Below, in pieces: positions 1 through 14,050 of a stretch of 64,000 bases of DNA. This stretch comes from Eledone cirrhosa. Lineage: Eukaryota. Under the pieces are notes generated by a model that worked only from the letters and a program-made list of their open reading frames with translations, ran no database searches and had not been told where the DNA came from. Position numbers and translations under genes: made by a program. Numbering within the stretch: position 1 is the first letter of the stretch; each line of letters starts with the position of its first letter. The stretch lies in contig OZ024740.1 in the NCBI GenBank assembly GCA_964016885.1, forward strand, positions 64,232,001 to 64,296,000, given 5' to 3'.

Positions 1-699
1 CTTGACGTTATAGTCGCATATATGTTATAGAATGCCGTTAGCTTCTTGCTAAAACAACCTCTATACCTCTCATTTATATTTATACTCGGATTCTTTTCCT
101 AGAGTGCTTAAACTATCTGTGACTAATCCCAGTTTTTTCATAAAAACTGTGATAATTATTGCTATTTTGCTGAACTCCTTTGTAGAGTTTTTTTCAGAAT
201 GTATTTGACTGCTATTTCTTGTAAATAAACATTCACTTCCATCCTGACGTCACTAGCCCCGTTTTTTCCTCATGTGCTTTTTCATAAATACACATGAAGG
301 CGAACTAGCCAGTTTTAGAATTCCCTTTTTCGGATTATATTACTGTGAGAGCCCTGGTTTTCTGTTGAGCTCTGCTGATGAATGAAATTCCAACCGTGAC
401 CATCTCCACTAAAAGTTTTCATGAAATAGTCTTTTAAGACTATACAGAGCATTTGATGTTATTCCAAATTGAAGGATAAGTGTTTCAAACTTTATTTTAT
501 CATGAGTTAAAGGTCTATAGATTTTCCCTGGATTTTACTAAATTCTGTGGATGAATTTATATCCTGATTCTCTTTTGAGATGAGTTTGAGTTATTTTTCC
601 TAAATCTTTCGTTAACTACTTTTCCCATCTTGACGTTATAGTCGCATATATGTTATAGAATGCCGTTAGCTTCTTGCTAAAACAACCTCTATACCTCTC

Positions 700-705
<6 letters not shown>
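1..705. repeat. Direct/tandem repeat, 628-bp period, ending in (TA)n; truncated by window start
   Basis: Bases 1-77 (cttgacgttatagtcgca...ctcatttata) recur at 629-705, then run into (TA)n. Confidence 0.8.
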
Positions 706-796
<91 letters not shown>

Positions 797-2160
797 GTAT
801 ATTATATATATATATATATATATATCATATATTTATATATATATGGATATAGGGATGTGTGTGCGTGCGTGTGTATATGTATATATTGAGATAGAAGAGT
901 ATATATATGTATGTATCTGTGTGATTTAGAGTTTATATATATCACAATTAATATGTAAATAGTTTATATGCTGTGTTTATCTAAGTACCCCAACTCACCC
1001 AAACGGAACGACACATAAATATAAAATATTTTTTCTACATTGTAGATTCCAAGCATAAACTTACTGACAAAAAATAGAATAATACATCGACTACTAATCA
1101 ATAACAATTTCAAATATTTAAGAGCAACAAATTTGAAAAAGAAAACACAGACGAAAAAATAATTAATCGAACATTAAATATTTAGTATATAAAAATTATG
1201 AAGACCTTATCGTTCATTTTACAGACGACTAACTACCCATGTTATCTCCGATTTCACAGCGAGTTTAAAATATAAAAACAATTAAAGAAACGTAAAACTT
1301 AATCCAACACAGTTCCTCATCAACATACACATACATTCTTTACCCGCATTCGCCTCCTAAATACATACAGTTACTCAAATACGCTCTTACATACATAAAG
1401 ATAGACGTAGCTTCGCAATACACACATATACACATACAGCCAGCGTATTCAGTATTGATATGAAGGCAACAAGAAAAGCCTGGCAGTAAATTATATATTA
1501 CTCAGTTTGTTTCAAAACTTTCAGACAGTTATTACCATTAGAAAATGAAAACAGAGAAAAAAAAAATGAACTGAAAAGAATTGGAAAGGAATCGATTTCT
1601 TGAACAAAAGAATTCGAAGAAAAATAACAAAGATCAGAAAAAAATGCAAATTCTTTTGCAAATTTTATGGACATTCGCTGTTTAAATGTCTTTAGCTATT
1701 ATTCCAAACTCCACCCTCACAGTAATACTTGGGCTCTTAACATTGGGAGTTTGGAATATCATATATGTGTGTGTATGTGCGTTTATAAATAAAAATATGC
1801 ATTATATATAAGCATATATATATGTACATACTTTATTAGATGTCCATTGAATTTCCTGAGTTCCCCTGCCCTTTGACGGGTTTTGTATTTCATCCCGCAG
1901 GGTGTCCAAAATCACCCTCATCACCAAACAAGCTTGGTGGTGTTGCCGGTTTAGTCACCGACGACTCGACTATAGACAGATTGTATTGGGTTACATGTTA
2001 CCAGTAGCGCTAAAGAACGACCTGACATAATATGTATATTCGTTTAGAAAATGCAAGAAACCGAAACGCAGAAAACAATTGCAACAATAGTCGATCACCA
2101 CAAATATTAGCTTAGAAAATTGGATGAAATACTCCTATGGACAGAAGAAAAGTAACCAAC

Positions 2161-2284
<124 letters not shown>

Positions 2285-2384
2285 TTACAATAATCAAAGT
2301 TCAGTTTAAATCATTTATTTGCTTACAATTGTTTCCTCCAAACCGAGGTTTGGATTCTTCGGAGCAACTATATAGTATCCTTAA

Positions 2385-2429
<45 letters not shown>

Positions 2430-2444
2430 CATATATATATATAT

Positions 2445-3021
2445 ACTAGCAGTGGTACCCGGTGTTGCACGGGATAAGGTATTTTGGAACGCGGGCCGCC
2501 AACAGACCCAATCGTGGAAAAACTGCATGCCTGGACAATATGTAAAGAGAATAAACCGAATACTCTGATGGCTGGATAATCTTTAAGATTTTCCTCGATG
2601 AAGCAGGAAAAATGCAGGTTTTCACCTAGGGGATCAAGAAAATAATTTTTTTTATGTGCATAATATGCCTTGAAATTTCGAGAAAATCGGCTAAACGTGA
2701 CACCTCCAAAAAGCCCTAAAAAGCTGAACAAATGAAGTTTTTCACCTAATGCGGGCCCTAGGCCATAAAAAAGTTGAATTTTCTTTGCTCAGGGTATGAA
2801 GAAGAGACTGACTAATACATAGTTACAATTTCAAGGAAATAGGTCTGATGTAACGCCTCAAAAAAACCCCCCAAAAGCTTAAAAACGCAGTTTTTCACCT
2901 AATGCGGGCCCTAGGAGATCAAAAAGTTATGTGCATAAGACTCCCCGAAACATAAGTAATACACATGTAAAGTTTGAAAAAAATCGGTTGGGTATTTCTC
3001 GAGTTTTAGGGATTCAAACTT

Positions 3022-3093
<72 letters not shown>

Positions 3094-3103
3094 ACACACA
3101 CAC

Positions 3104-3135
<32 letters not shown>

Positions 3136-3440
3136 GCACACACACACACACACAGACAGACATCCTCAGGGAAGTGACGTAATGCAGACTGCCAGACATA
3201 CATATAGATATTATAAGGGCGCGACCTTATATGTATGTATCTATCTAAAAAGAGAAAGACTAAGAATTATAGAGAGAAATCGCTAAATCGCCTAATGCGG
3301 TCCCTAGGGCATTGAAAATTTAAAATTTATTTTGCTCAGAACACTCACTGAAACATAAGTATTACATCTGTAAAGTTTGAAAACAGTCGGTTGGGTGCTT
3401 ATCGAGTTTTAGGGATTCCTTTTAGGGATTCCTTCTTTGC
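2445..3440 (-). mobile_element. Non-autonomous Helitron-like element
   Basis: Minus strand ends in the hairpin CCCGTGCAACACCGGG (2458-2473) followed by CTAGT (2445-2449), the Helitron 3' signature. It has internal subrepeats (ttttcacctaatgcgggcccta) and a (CA)n tract. The 5' boundary is approximate. Confidence 0.6.
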
Positions 3441-3469
3441 ATATATATATATATATATATATATATACA

Positions 3470-3552
<83 letters not shown>

Positions 3553-3579
3553 GCATTCATGAGTCTTATATCGAATAAT

Positions 3580-3763
3580 AATTGTTTCTACTTTAGGCAC
3601 AAGGCCAGCAATTACCCAGTGCATTACTGGTACTTTATTTTATCGACCCCGTAAGGATGAAAGGCAAAGTTAACCTCGGCGGGATTTGAACTCAGATCGT
3701 AAAGGGACGTAACTATGTTGGAAAGCATGGCGTCCGACTTTCTAACGATACTGCCAATCCACG
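3580..3763 (-). mobile_element. tRNA-derived SINE (Octopus-like family)
   Basis: Minus strand has A-box-like TGGCAGTATCGTTAG, B box GAGTTCAAATCCC and core GCCTTTCATCCTTACGGGGTCGATAAAA. Near-identical copies lie at 23.4 kb and 47.4 kb. Confidence 0.85.
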
Positions 3764-4384
3764 AATAATAATAATATTTGATTCGTTTACAAGGAGACAG
3801 CCTCATTACGCTACGTGTTTTAGATGATCCTCACCATCCTTTTGTTCTAGCGGTGACAGAGAGAAACAACCGACAATAATATCGTTTCTAGGGTATTGAC
3901 CTTTGTCAAGATTGTGTATCTCTCTTGTGTCACTCATCAGAACTCTTGAGAATATGCAGTATTCTCTAAAGTATCACATTAGAAGAAAGACAGATCTATC
4001 TGCCTGTCCTTCTAATCTGTTCGTTTCTCACGCAAATATCATGCCAACATAAATGTTTATTTTTCTGTTGCACGAGCCGACAATTTTACGTGGTACTTTA
4101 GTTAAATTGTGTGGAACCACAGCCGGTCTAAAAGCTGATGCTGTATATAAATGTTTGTGCGATCTTCTCTCGTCCATTTTCCTCTTCTTATCACTTCTGC
4201 GGGCCAACAGACTTCTAGCCTCTGCTTTCTGTCCTTTGAAGTAAATTCTACCCGACCCTGTCATTGACCGCATTTTTCTATTTTAACAGCTTCCTTCCGT
4301 TGAGTTCTCATTACTCTACGAATATATATATATATATATATAGGAACCATGCGAAAACACAACATTGACTTCTCTACTTCCTAT

Positions 4385-5590
<1,206 letters not shown>

Positions 5591-5943
5591 ATTATATGCT
5601 CCAACATACATCCAATTAATGCTCAAACCATCTCTTCGTGCGACTTACAATTAATTATAACCAGCCAAGTTCACACTATATGCAAATGAGCATCTTCAGC
5701 CAATGTTCATCATCCTACAAAATCTTTATAGACTCTAGTCTATTTCCATGGCAGCATCAGTTGACTGATGAAAGATTAATAAATCTTGAAACTGCGCCGT
5801 CTGACATTCTCGACTGCTACTGAGACTCTTTGGCGTGTTTACAGAGAAAAATAAATATTTTGTTAAGAAATTAATTTTTCCTTTGATAGTGAACCTACCA
5901 ATATTATTTAATATAACCATATGGCATATGCTTTCATATACCT

Positions 5944-6000
<57 letters not shown>

Positions 6001-6003
<3 letters not shown>

Positions 6004-6950
6004 TTACACCTGATGGGATGACAGAGTTCTTTGAGATACTGGCTGGAGTGCTCCAGGGAGATACATTGGCTCCCTACCTTTTTATCATCGTAGTGGACTA
6101 TTGTATGCGCCTTGCACTGGAGAAACACCAGGACTCTGGCTTTACTGTAGCACCGGCTCAGAGCAGGAGAGTTAGGGCGAAAAAGGTATCGGATGCTGAA
6201 TTTGCCGACGACATAGTTTTGGTGACAAATACAGTGAAGGAGGCAGAGGATTTGATGCGGGAGGTTGAGACTGTGTCGATGAGTGTGGGGCTGAGAATGA
6301 ATGAGACTAAAACAAAATATCTGGTAGAGAATATTGAGAAGCCAGAGGGGATCACTAATGTAGGCGGGAAGCCGCTGGAATTGGTTGAGGACTTCCTGTA
6401 TTTGGGAGCAAAGATTGGGAATACGGAAGATGATGTGGTTGAGAGGAAGAGCAAGGCCTGGGCGGCGTACCACAGCTTGAGATCGGTGTGGAAGTCGGAC
6501 CTTCGTAGTGACCTGAAAATCCGCCTCTTCATTGCTGTAGTGGAGTCTGTGCTGCTGTATGGGTCTGAGACTTGGACACTGACCAAGAAACTCACTCAGA
6601 TGGTGGATGGGTGCTACACGAGAATGCTGAGGATGGCTCTGAACATTAATCAGTATACACTGAGGATGAAAAACTCAGAGCTGTATGGGAGCATCCCAAA
6701 AGTCAGCTCAAAAGTGACACAGAGGAGACTGAGGTTGCCTGGACATGCTTACCGACATCCAGAGTTGACATTGCACTCAGTGCTCCTTTGTGTGCCTCTA
6801 CATGGACACACTAGAAGTGGAAGACCAAGGTTAACGTATGTTGATGCCCTAAGGACAGACACTGGTCTGTTGGAGATGCAGGACATGGCAGCGATAATGA
6901 GGGAGAGACCGCTGGAGAGAACTCGTCCATGGATCTCGGGAATTTTACCC
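6001..6950 (+). pseudogene. 5'-truncated RTE-clade LINE reverse transcriptase fragment
   Basis: GVLQGDTLAPYLF, FADD, FLYLG and VLLYGSETW motifs; bounded by (TA)n on both sides. Confidence 0.9.
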
Positions 6951-6951
6951 G

Positions 6952-7005
<54 letters not shown>

Positions 7006-7179
7006 GTTATTCCGGGTTGAGTCGGAGGTAACCACAGTAAGTAAGGTACTCAATACATAGCAGAGTATACAAGTTTTAATAAGATGAGATTCTAGTCCTG
7101 TAGAATCTCATCTTATTAAAACTATATATATATATATATATATAAAATAAAATCAAAAGATGGTTAAAAGAGTTCCATG

Positions 7180-7250
7180 TATTTTATTATGCGCATTTCA
7201 AAAACAAATATCATCATGGGATGATATTTGCGTTCTCATCAGATAAAATA
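7180..7250 (-). ncRNA. Type I minimal hammerhead ribozyme
   Basis: tattttat-CTGATGA-long helix II (gcaaatatcatc/gatgatatttgt)-GAAA-tgcgca-TA-ataaaata. Confidence 0.75.
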
Positions 7251-7350
7251 AGGAGACATGATATGAAGCTTAAAAAACACTTGCGAGCGATGAAGTGTTA
7301 AATCAACATAATGCTCGCAAGTGCTTTTTAAGCTTCATATCATGTCTCCT

Positions 7351-7421
7351 TATTTTATCTGATGAGAACGCAAATATCATCCCATGATGATATTTGTTTT
7401 TGAAATGCGCATGATAAAATA
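7351..7421 (+). ncRNA. Hammerhead ribozyme copy with mutated cleavage site (UG)
   Basis: Mirror of 7180-7250 but reads GAAA-tgcgca-TG, which violates the NUH rule. Confidence 0.6.
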
Positions 7422-7680
7422 CATGGAACTCTTTTAACCATCTTTTGATTTTATATTATTTATACTCTAGTCCTATAAACTGTTGAGTGGTATTTATCCG
7501 ATATTTGCATTGCTTTATTGTGCTACAATAAAACTCACCTCCTACATATATATATATATATATTATAAGCTTTCACCGTATTTTAAAATACGGTGAAAGC
7601 TTATCATTTCTAATTTCTAATTTTCAAACTCGCGCACCGTTTTAAAAACATACTTACATGTTTACATTTATAATTTGCTT

Positions 7681-7914
<234 letters not shown>

Positions 7915-8125
7915 GGCGACCTACGTAGTAAATCGTATCATCGTGAGCTCCGCAAAGGTTTGTTATTTCCGTTTGTTAAAAATTGGCATTTATGGAAAAT
8001 TTTTATTGTTAACTATATATAGGCGCACATACATTGTTTTCTGAAAAGGACACCCAAAAAGATTGGGGCTTTGTGCCCAAAATTTAAACTTTTATGATTA
8101 TCAAAAAATTTCTTTGAAAAAAAAA

Positions 8126-10118
8126 ATGGCTAATTCACCTCTGCACCAAGCAGCTGAAAGCCTTTCTCTCAAATTAACACCTCACACCGACACCACCATT
8201 GTAAATGATACTACGTCTGCCAACACACACAATTTAAGCACTAGCAATATTTTAAATTTGTCTCAGGCAGACATTCATTTCCCGCCATTACCAATGACTG
8301 CAGGTGTTAAAGCCGCCACCACCACCACCACCACCGCGACAACCCCCACCCCCACCACCACCGCGACAACAGAAACAAAAGGAAAAAATAAATCAACTCG
8401 TGATGTCGAAATATTTTCAACCAAAATGGACTCTCCCAAACCGAACTTCACTGACGTCACCACCACAACTGAAACTAAAATTAATAATAACAAAAATAAC
8501 GATATCAACAACAACAACAATGACATTAAAAAAACCACCCTGAGTTTTGCCAGAGTAGCAAAACAGTGCGAAGCATATACGGTAACTCAGGAGGAATTAG
8601 AAAATGCCAAAAAAATGGTAAAGAAAGATGGGTACAGGGTCAGCCTCACCCCCCACCTAATAAAATGGAGCATCGGCGCCTATGCACCGTGTCGTATCGA
8701 ACAATAAATGTAAAATCGCGCCGAGTGGAACGGGCATCCGAGTCCCAAATCCAAAAAGCTTTGGGACATGTGTGGGCAAGAAAAACCCACATCAGGCGTG
8801 GGCAGAAGTATGGAACCGTGGACGTGTTCTTTGAAACACCAGAGGAGGCTAGAGAACACTCCATGGCCTCATTAAGAAGTGACGACTTCACACTCGTCCC
8901 AAGCTATTGTGGCCAGAGACTCGTAAAGATCAGGGTGAACCACGTTCCACCGGCCATCGAAATTCCCTGGTTAATAGCGGCTGTCCTCGCCGGCATCGAA
9001 GCCAACACGAAAATAATAGCAATAGCAAAAGAAAAGCAGGAGAACTGGTCCGGATCTGGGATGGAGTTCCTGATCCAAGCGGACCAAAAAAGCATTGAGG
9101 AGATCCCAGAGGTAATAGACCTCAATGACGGCAGCCACCTCACGGTAATTGTCGAGGGCAGAAGACCTAGGTGTGTCGTTTGTGGTGAAGGAACCCACCT
9201 AAGGGCTTTCTGCCCTCAGGCTAAAAGGTTGAGGCCACCTCTCCTACCCACCCCAGTGACACAACCATCAACACCACCAGTAGCAGAGATGGCAGCAACA
9301 ACTGTAGCAGCAACAACAGAAGCAACTATAACAGCAACAACCCCAGCAACAGTAGCAAAACCAACACCACCACCACCACCACCAGCAAAACCAACACCAC
9401 CACCACCCAACGCTTCAGAACTAGCACCAGCGCCTACACCATCCACCACGCCACAACCAAAACTAACGGCTGTGGAGGAATTTCCACTCCCCGGCCTATC
9501 ACAACTGGAGACAGATCGTGACGACGAGGAGTGGGAAACAATATCCGGAAAAAAAAAAAGAAACCAAAAAAGAAAAAATTCTCTTTCTTCCCCCTCCAAA
9601 AACAAAATACAGAGGGAAACAAATAAATTAAGAAACAAAAAAGTTAGGACAGATATGCCACCATCCACACCAGCATCACCAACCCCATCAACCCAAACAC
9701 CAACACCATCACCATCATTAACCCCAACACCACCATCACCTACACCACAAAAGTCACCAAAATGCGAAACAGAAACAAACCCACAACAAACGCAAACAAA
9801 ACAAAACAACCAAAACGATACACACTACACAGCATTAAATTTGAACAACAAGCAATTATTACACTACATCCAACACAACACCAGCATCACAGAAAAAGAC
9901 TACACAACAACCCCAAAATTCACACCACCTCCACACATACAAATCACTCGCATCACACAGAAAACGTACATGACACTAAAAAAAAAAAATTCCCCAAAGA
10001 CATCGGAGACTTCCGACAAGCACTCTCCAGGAGGATTTATAAGGACATCCTTCCTGAGGAGGCCACAAGCAGTGAAAAGGATGGAAAAACCGTCCTTCCC
10101 CTACGAGAAGTAAGGTAA
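8126..10118 (+). pseudogene. Tx1 ORF1 (gag-like, CX2CX4HX4C knuckle), frameshifted
   Basis: MANSPLH... start, SFARVAK motif, CVVCGEGTHLRAFC knuckle and Pro/Thr-rich tail. Frame breaks at the C-run ~8650 and probably the A-run ~9980. Confidence 0.85.
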
Positions 10119-10152
10119 GTGGTCTTTCCCATCTTTTCCCCTCCTTTTCAAC

Positions 10153-13100
10153 ATGACCTCACTCAGAATAGGCAGCATAAATGCGCGTGGCTTGGGGTCG
10201 TCATGGAAGCAGGGCCACCTGCTCAACGACCTCAGGTCACTAAACATAGATGTAGTGGCCAACAGCGAGACCAGAATCTCCGAAGCACAGGCTTTCGCAC
10301 CGATCTTCGGCGGCTACGATGTGTACGCATCTCCCAGCCGTCCGGGATCGGGGGGAGGAGTTGCTGTGCTTTTTAGGAGAAGTTTGGATCTTGCCATACG
10401 GGCCATCTTCCTGGACCCAGAAGGTAAGTTGGTGGTGCTGGACGTGACCAGCGGAGACGGGCAAGCTTTCAGGTTAGTGGCCGTCTATGCCCCGACAGGA
10501 GCAGGGCGGCCTGATTTCTTCCGGCGTCTGGAGACCTTTCTTGGAACGTACCGCTCTTTAGTGTTAGTGGGCGACTGGAACGGGATTTTAGATGCACGCT
10601 GGGATTTTGTGGGATTAGTGGATAGGGAAGGAGGGTGCAAGAGTCTCACCAACCTGCTCAGACGTTTTGAACTGTCTGACAGGTACCGAATGGATTTCCC
10701 GAATGTACCAATGTGGACTTGGACAAATCGCATAGGGTCATCCAGATCATATTTAGATAGAGTATTTTGTAGGGAAATAGATAGGTCTAGCATAGGCTAT
10801 CCACAATTCAAGATAGTCAGCTACACGGACCACAAATTCGTGATCTGTGTGCTTGACTTAGATAGGCTTCATAGACGAGGACCCGGCTACTGGAAGCTAA
10901 ACGCGTCCTTACTAGCGCGCAAGGCCTACAGAGACCGGATTAGCGAACTAGTTAAGCGGGCGTTGACGGGGGCCATCGTCAACAACAATTGGTGGTTTGC
11001 TCTGAAAAGAGCAATTAGAATAGAGTCCATTAGGTTTAGTAAGACTTTAGCAATAAAGAAAAATAGAGCAGAGGGAGAATTAGTTAGAAAATTAGATGAG
11101 GCGCTTAGCAAAGGCATCGCGACCGACGTACTTGCGGCGAAATTGGCCCTTGACCAATTCTTCAATGCAAAGCACGAAGGCTGCGTTGTCAGAGCTAGGG
11201 TGCGTGCTCTCAGACACGAGGGGACGAAAGCCGTTCAATGGGCCCGAGTGGCGGAGGCGCGTCGTGGCAACAAAGCCACGATCCGGTCTTTGGTGGACCA
11301 CGACGGGCGCATGCTACTCGATCCCGGGCAAATGTGTGAAGCATTTCATCGAAACTTCGCTCAACTGTTCGGGGGCAGTGGCGGGCCGGATCGAGGGATG
11401 GACTTTAGTGTCTACCTCGACGGACTGCCGCGGCTTTCGGCCACTGAGGCGGAGTGTTGCGAAAAGCCTATAACAACCGCTGAAGTACGGGATGCAATGA
11501 CTAGTTGCACAAGGGGTAAATCGCCTGGTTTGGATGGTCTGCCCTATGAACTTTACGTACAAATGCCAAACTTGTTCGGAGGCCTCTTGGCGGACGTCTA
11601 CTGCAACTGGCAACAGAACGGGAGAATTCCCAGCTCTGTGAGCCGAGGAGCGGTGGCGCTGCTGAGAAAGGATCCGAACAAGGGGGATAACATAGATAAT
11701 TTTAGGCCCATAACTCTGCTAAACACAGAGTTCAAGATTTTGGCCAATGTGCTAGCAAAGAGGTTGGCGCTTGTTGTTGGTGGTCTGGTAGGAGAGGCAC
11801 AGACATGCGCCATTCCCGACAGATCCATCCACGACAACCTCCACCTCATGCGATACATCGTAGAGAGGGTAGCTAGGGAACCTGGCACGGGTGGGTCTTT
11901 GATCAATTTAGATCAGTCGAAAGCCATCGTTACCTAGCGGCAGTCCTGAGGGCGGCTGGCTTTGGGCCCGTCTTCAGAGGTTGGATCGCTGCCATGCACA
12001 GCGACATCTGCTCTGTAGTGAGAGTGAACGGTCACCTTTCGGAACCGTTCAACATCATGCGCTCGGTCCGCCAAGGATGTCCCCTCTCGTCCCTATTGTA
12101 CGTATTGACTCTCGAGCCATTACTGCACAAACTGGAGACGTTGAGGGGGTCCTGCGCGAACTAGGATTGAAGATCCGTGTCAGCATACGCCGACGATGTC
12201 ACCGTAGTGGTGTCGAACGCCAAACACATCGAGGCGATCGGCACTACACTAAGAGAATACGAAGCGGTGACAGGAGCAATGATCAACCAGGAAAAGTCAG
12301 TGGGCCTGCAGCTCGGCACCTGGAGAGGCAAGTCCATGCCGTCCAACAGCGTCGTCGGGCGCTGGACGGACGGACCGGTTAAATTGCTAGGGGTCTGGTT
12401 CGGTCCAGACCTCCAGACGGACAAAAACTTGGACGAGGTGACGAGCAGGGTGGCTTCTCTCACCCAGAAATGGGCCGAGAGGAAGCTATCCCTGAAAGGT
12501 CGAGCGGAGGTGGCGAATAAGTACATCGCATCCGTCATCTACTACCGCCTGACCGTCGTACCTTGTCCTAAGCCCCGCCTGACTGCGCTGGAGCGTTTGC
12601 TCTTTCGCTTCTTGTGGAAGGGACGCGCTCCGATGGTCAGGCGGTCCATCTGCTGTCAACACCCGCTACGTGGAGGGCTGGGCATGCCGTGGCTGATGAT
12701 GCGCAGACACGCGCTCAGGCTACGACATCTCCACCTCTTCCTCGACGGTGATCAGGTGTGGTCGCCGTTTGCTAGACACGTTTTTCCCCAGCTCGTCTCC
12801 TTGACGGAGCTGCAGTCCTGGGTCAAGCGAAGACCGAGAGGGAGCGCTTGGAGACTGGAATGTCTTCAGGCGCTCACAGCCCTCGACCAATCGGGCAATG
12901 TGATCGGTGGAAACTCCACCTTGGCGTTCTATAGGGGATTAGTGGAGGGGAAGAGCGACGACGTACTTGGAGAAACTCTAGGCGTCGACGAAAATCAACT
13001 AGCCAATCTCTTCGGAAGGACTTTCGGGCCGGGGCCTATGGACAACTTCCAGAAATCCCCGGCCTGGCAGTGCTACCGAGGAGCTTTGCCAGTTCGGGAT

Positions 13101-13553
13101 AAACTCTACAGGCATGGAGGTGCCGTCAGCCGGGCATGTCCGAGATGCGCGCAGGGCGACGAAACCGTCCTGCACGCACTCTTCCAGTGTCCGAGCATTG
13201 CTGACTTGTGGGTTTATGTCGAACACCTGCTGTCACGTGTAGGACGGATCCAGCTATCAGCTGAGTCCATCGTGAGGATTGCCCCGCCCCCTTCCTTTAG
13301 CCGGGAAGGGCAGGCAGTTTTTATCTGTCTGGTGGCCATGGCGAAAGAGATAGTATGGTGGACACGTTTGAAAGGGCTGAAGACGAGCATTTACCTCTTC
13401 GGTGATGCCCTGATTAACTTTTTCAAATTTTATTTGAAAAGGAAAATCAGGGTAGAGAGGGAAGTGCTCTCTTCCCAGCATTTTGTTGAAAGATGGGTGA
13501 GCGAAGCAAGTATGGCCCGAATGAATGGGCCTTCTCTGAGTATGTGTCTGTAA
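10153..13553 (+). pseudogene. Tx1 ORF2 (APE endonuclease-RT-zinc finger), frameshifted
   Basis: SINARGL, GDWN, SYLDR, TDH, KSPGLDG, FRPITLLN, YADD and CPRC...H...C. A 16-bp deletion at ~11925 relative to copy 2. Confidence 0.95.
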
Positions 13554-13797
13554 ATTAAAGGTGGAAAACTGGGAGAGGGCACTTGCCCTGGTGGTCAGGG
13601 CCACTGTGGTCTTTATAATGGGCTTTCGCCACAAATGTCCCTCGGAAGTCTCCCCCCTATTGGGGAATTTTTCTTTGTTATTTTATTTCAACCTCTGTTT
13701 TTTTTACACGCAGAAATGCCCATTTGTACCGTCCTGTATTGTCCTGTACTGTCCTTAATGTCTACTTTATGTAAACCCTTGTGGTTAATAAAGAAAA

Positions 13798-13843
<46 letters not shown>

Positions 13844-14050
13844 GGCGACCTACGTAGTAAATCGTATCATCGTGAGCTCCGTAAAGGTTTGTTATTTTCG
13901 TTTGTTAAAAATTGTCATTTATGGAAAATTTTATTGTTAACTGTTTATAAGTGCACATACGTTGTTTTCCGAAAAGGACACCCAAAAAGATTGGGGCCTT
14001 GTGCCCAAAATTTAAACATTTATTATTATCAAAAAAATTTTTTGAAAAAA

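Larger units (their letters stand above)
7146..7455. repeat. Fold-back palindrome (~143-bp arms) of a PLE pLTR
   Basis: 7146-7288 is the reverse complement of ~7312-7455; each arm carries a hammerhead. Confidence 0.9.
7915..13799 (+). mobile_element. Full-length Tx1 (L1-clade) LINE, copy 1, inserted in (ATT)n
   Basis: 5'UTR starts ggcgacctacgtag; ORF1 with zinc knuckle; ORF2 APE-RT-CCHC; AATAAA near the 3' end; (ATT)n on both sides. Confidence 0.95.

Noticed and set aside
3860-3945. Minus-strand CTGATGA...GAAA hammerhead-like string (similar case at 58232-58275 plus)
   Set aside because: Helix I and the cleavage triplet cannot be formed convincingly.
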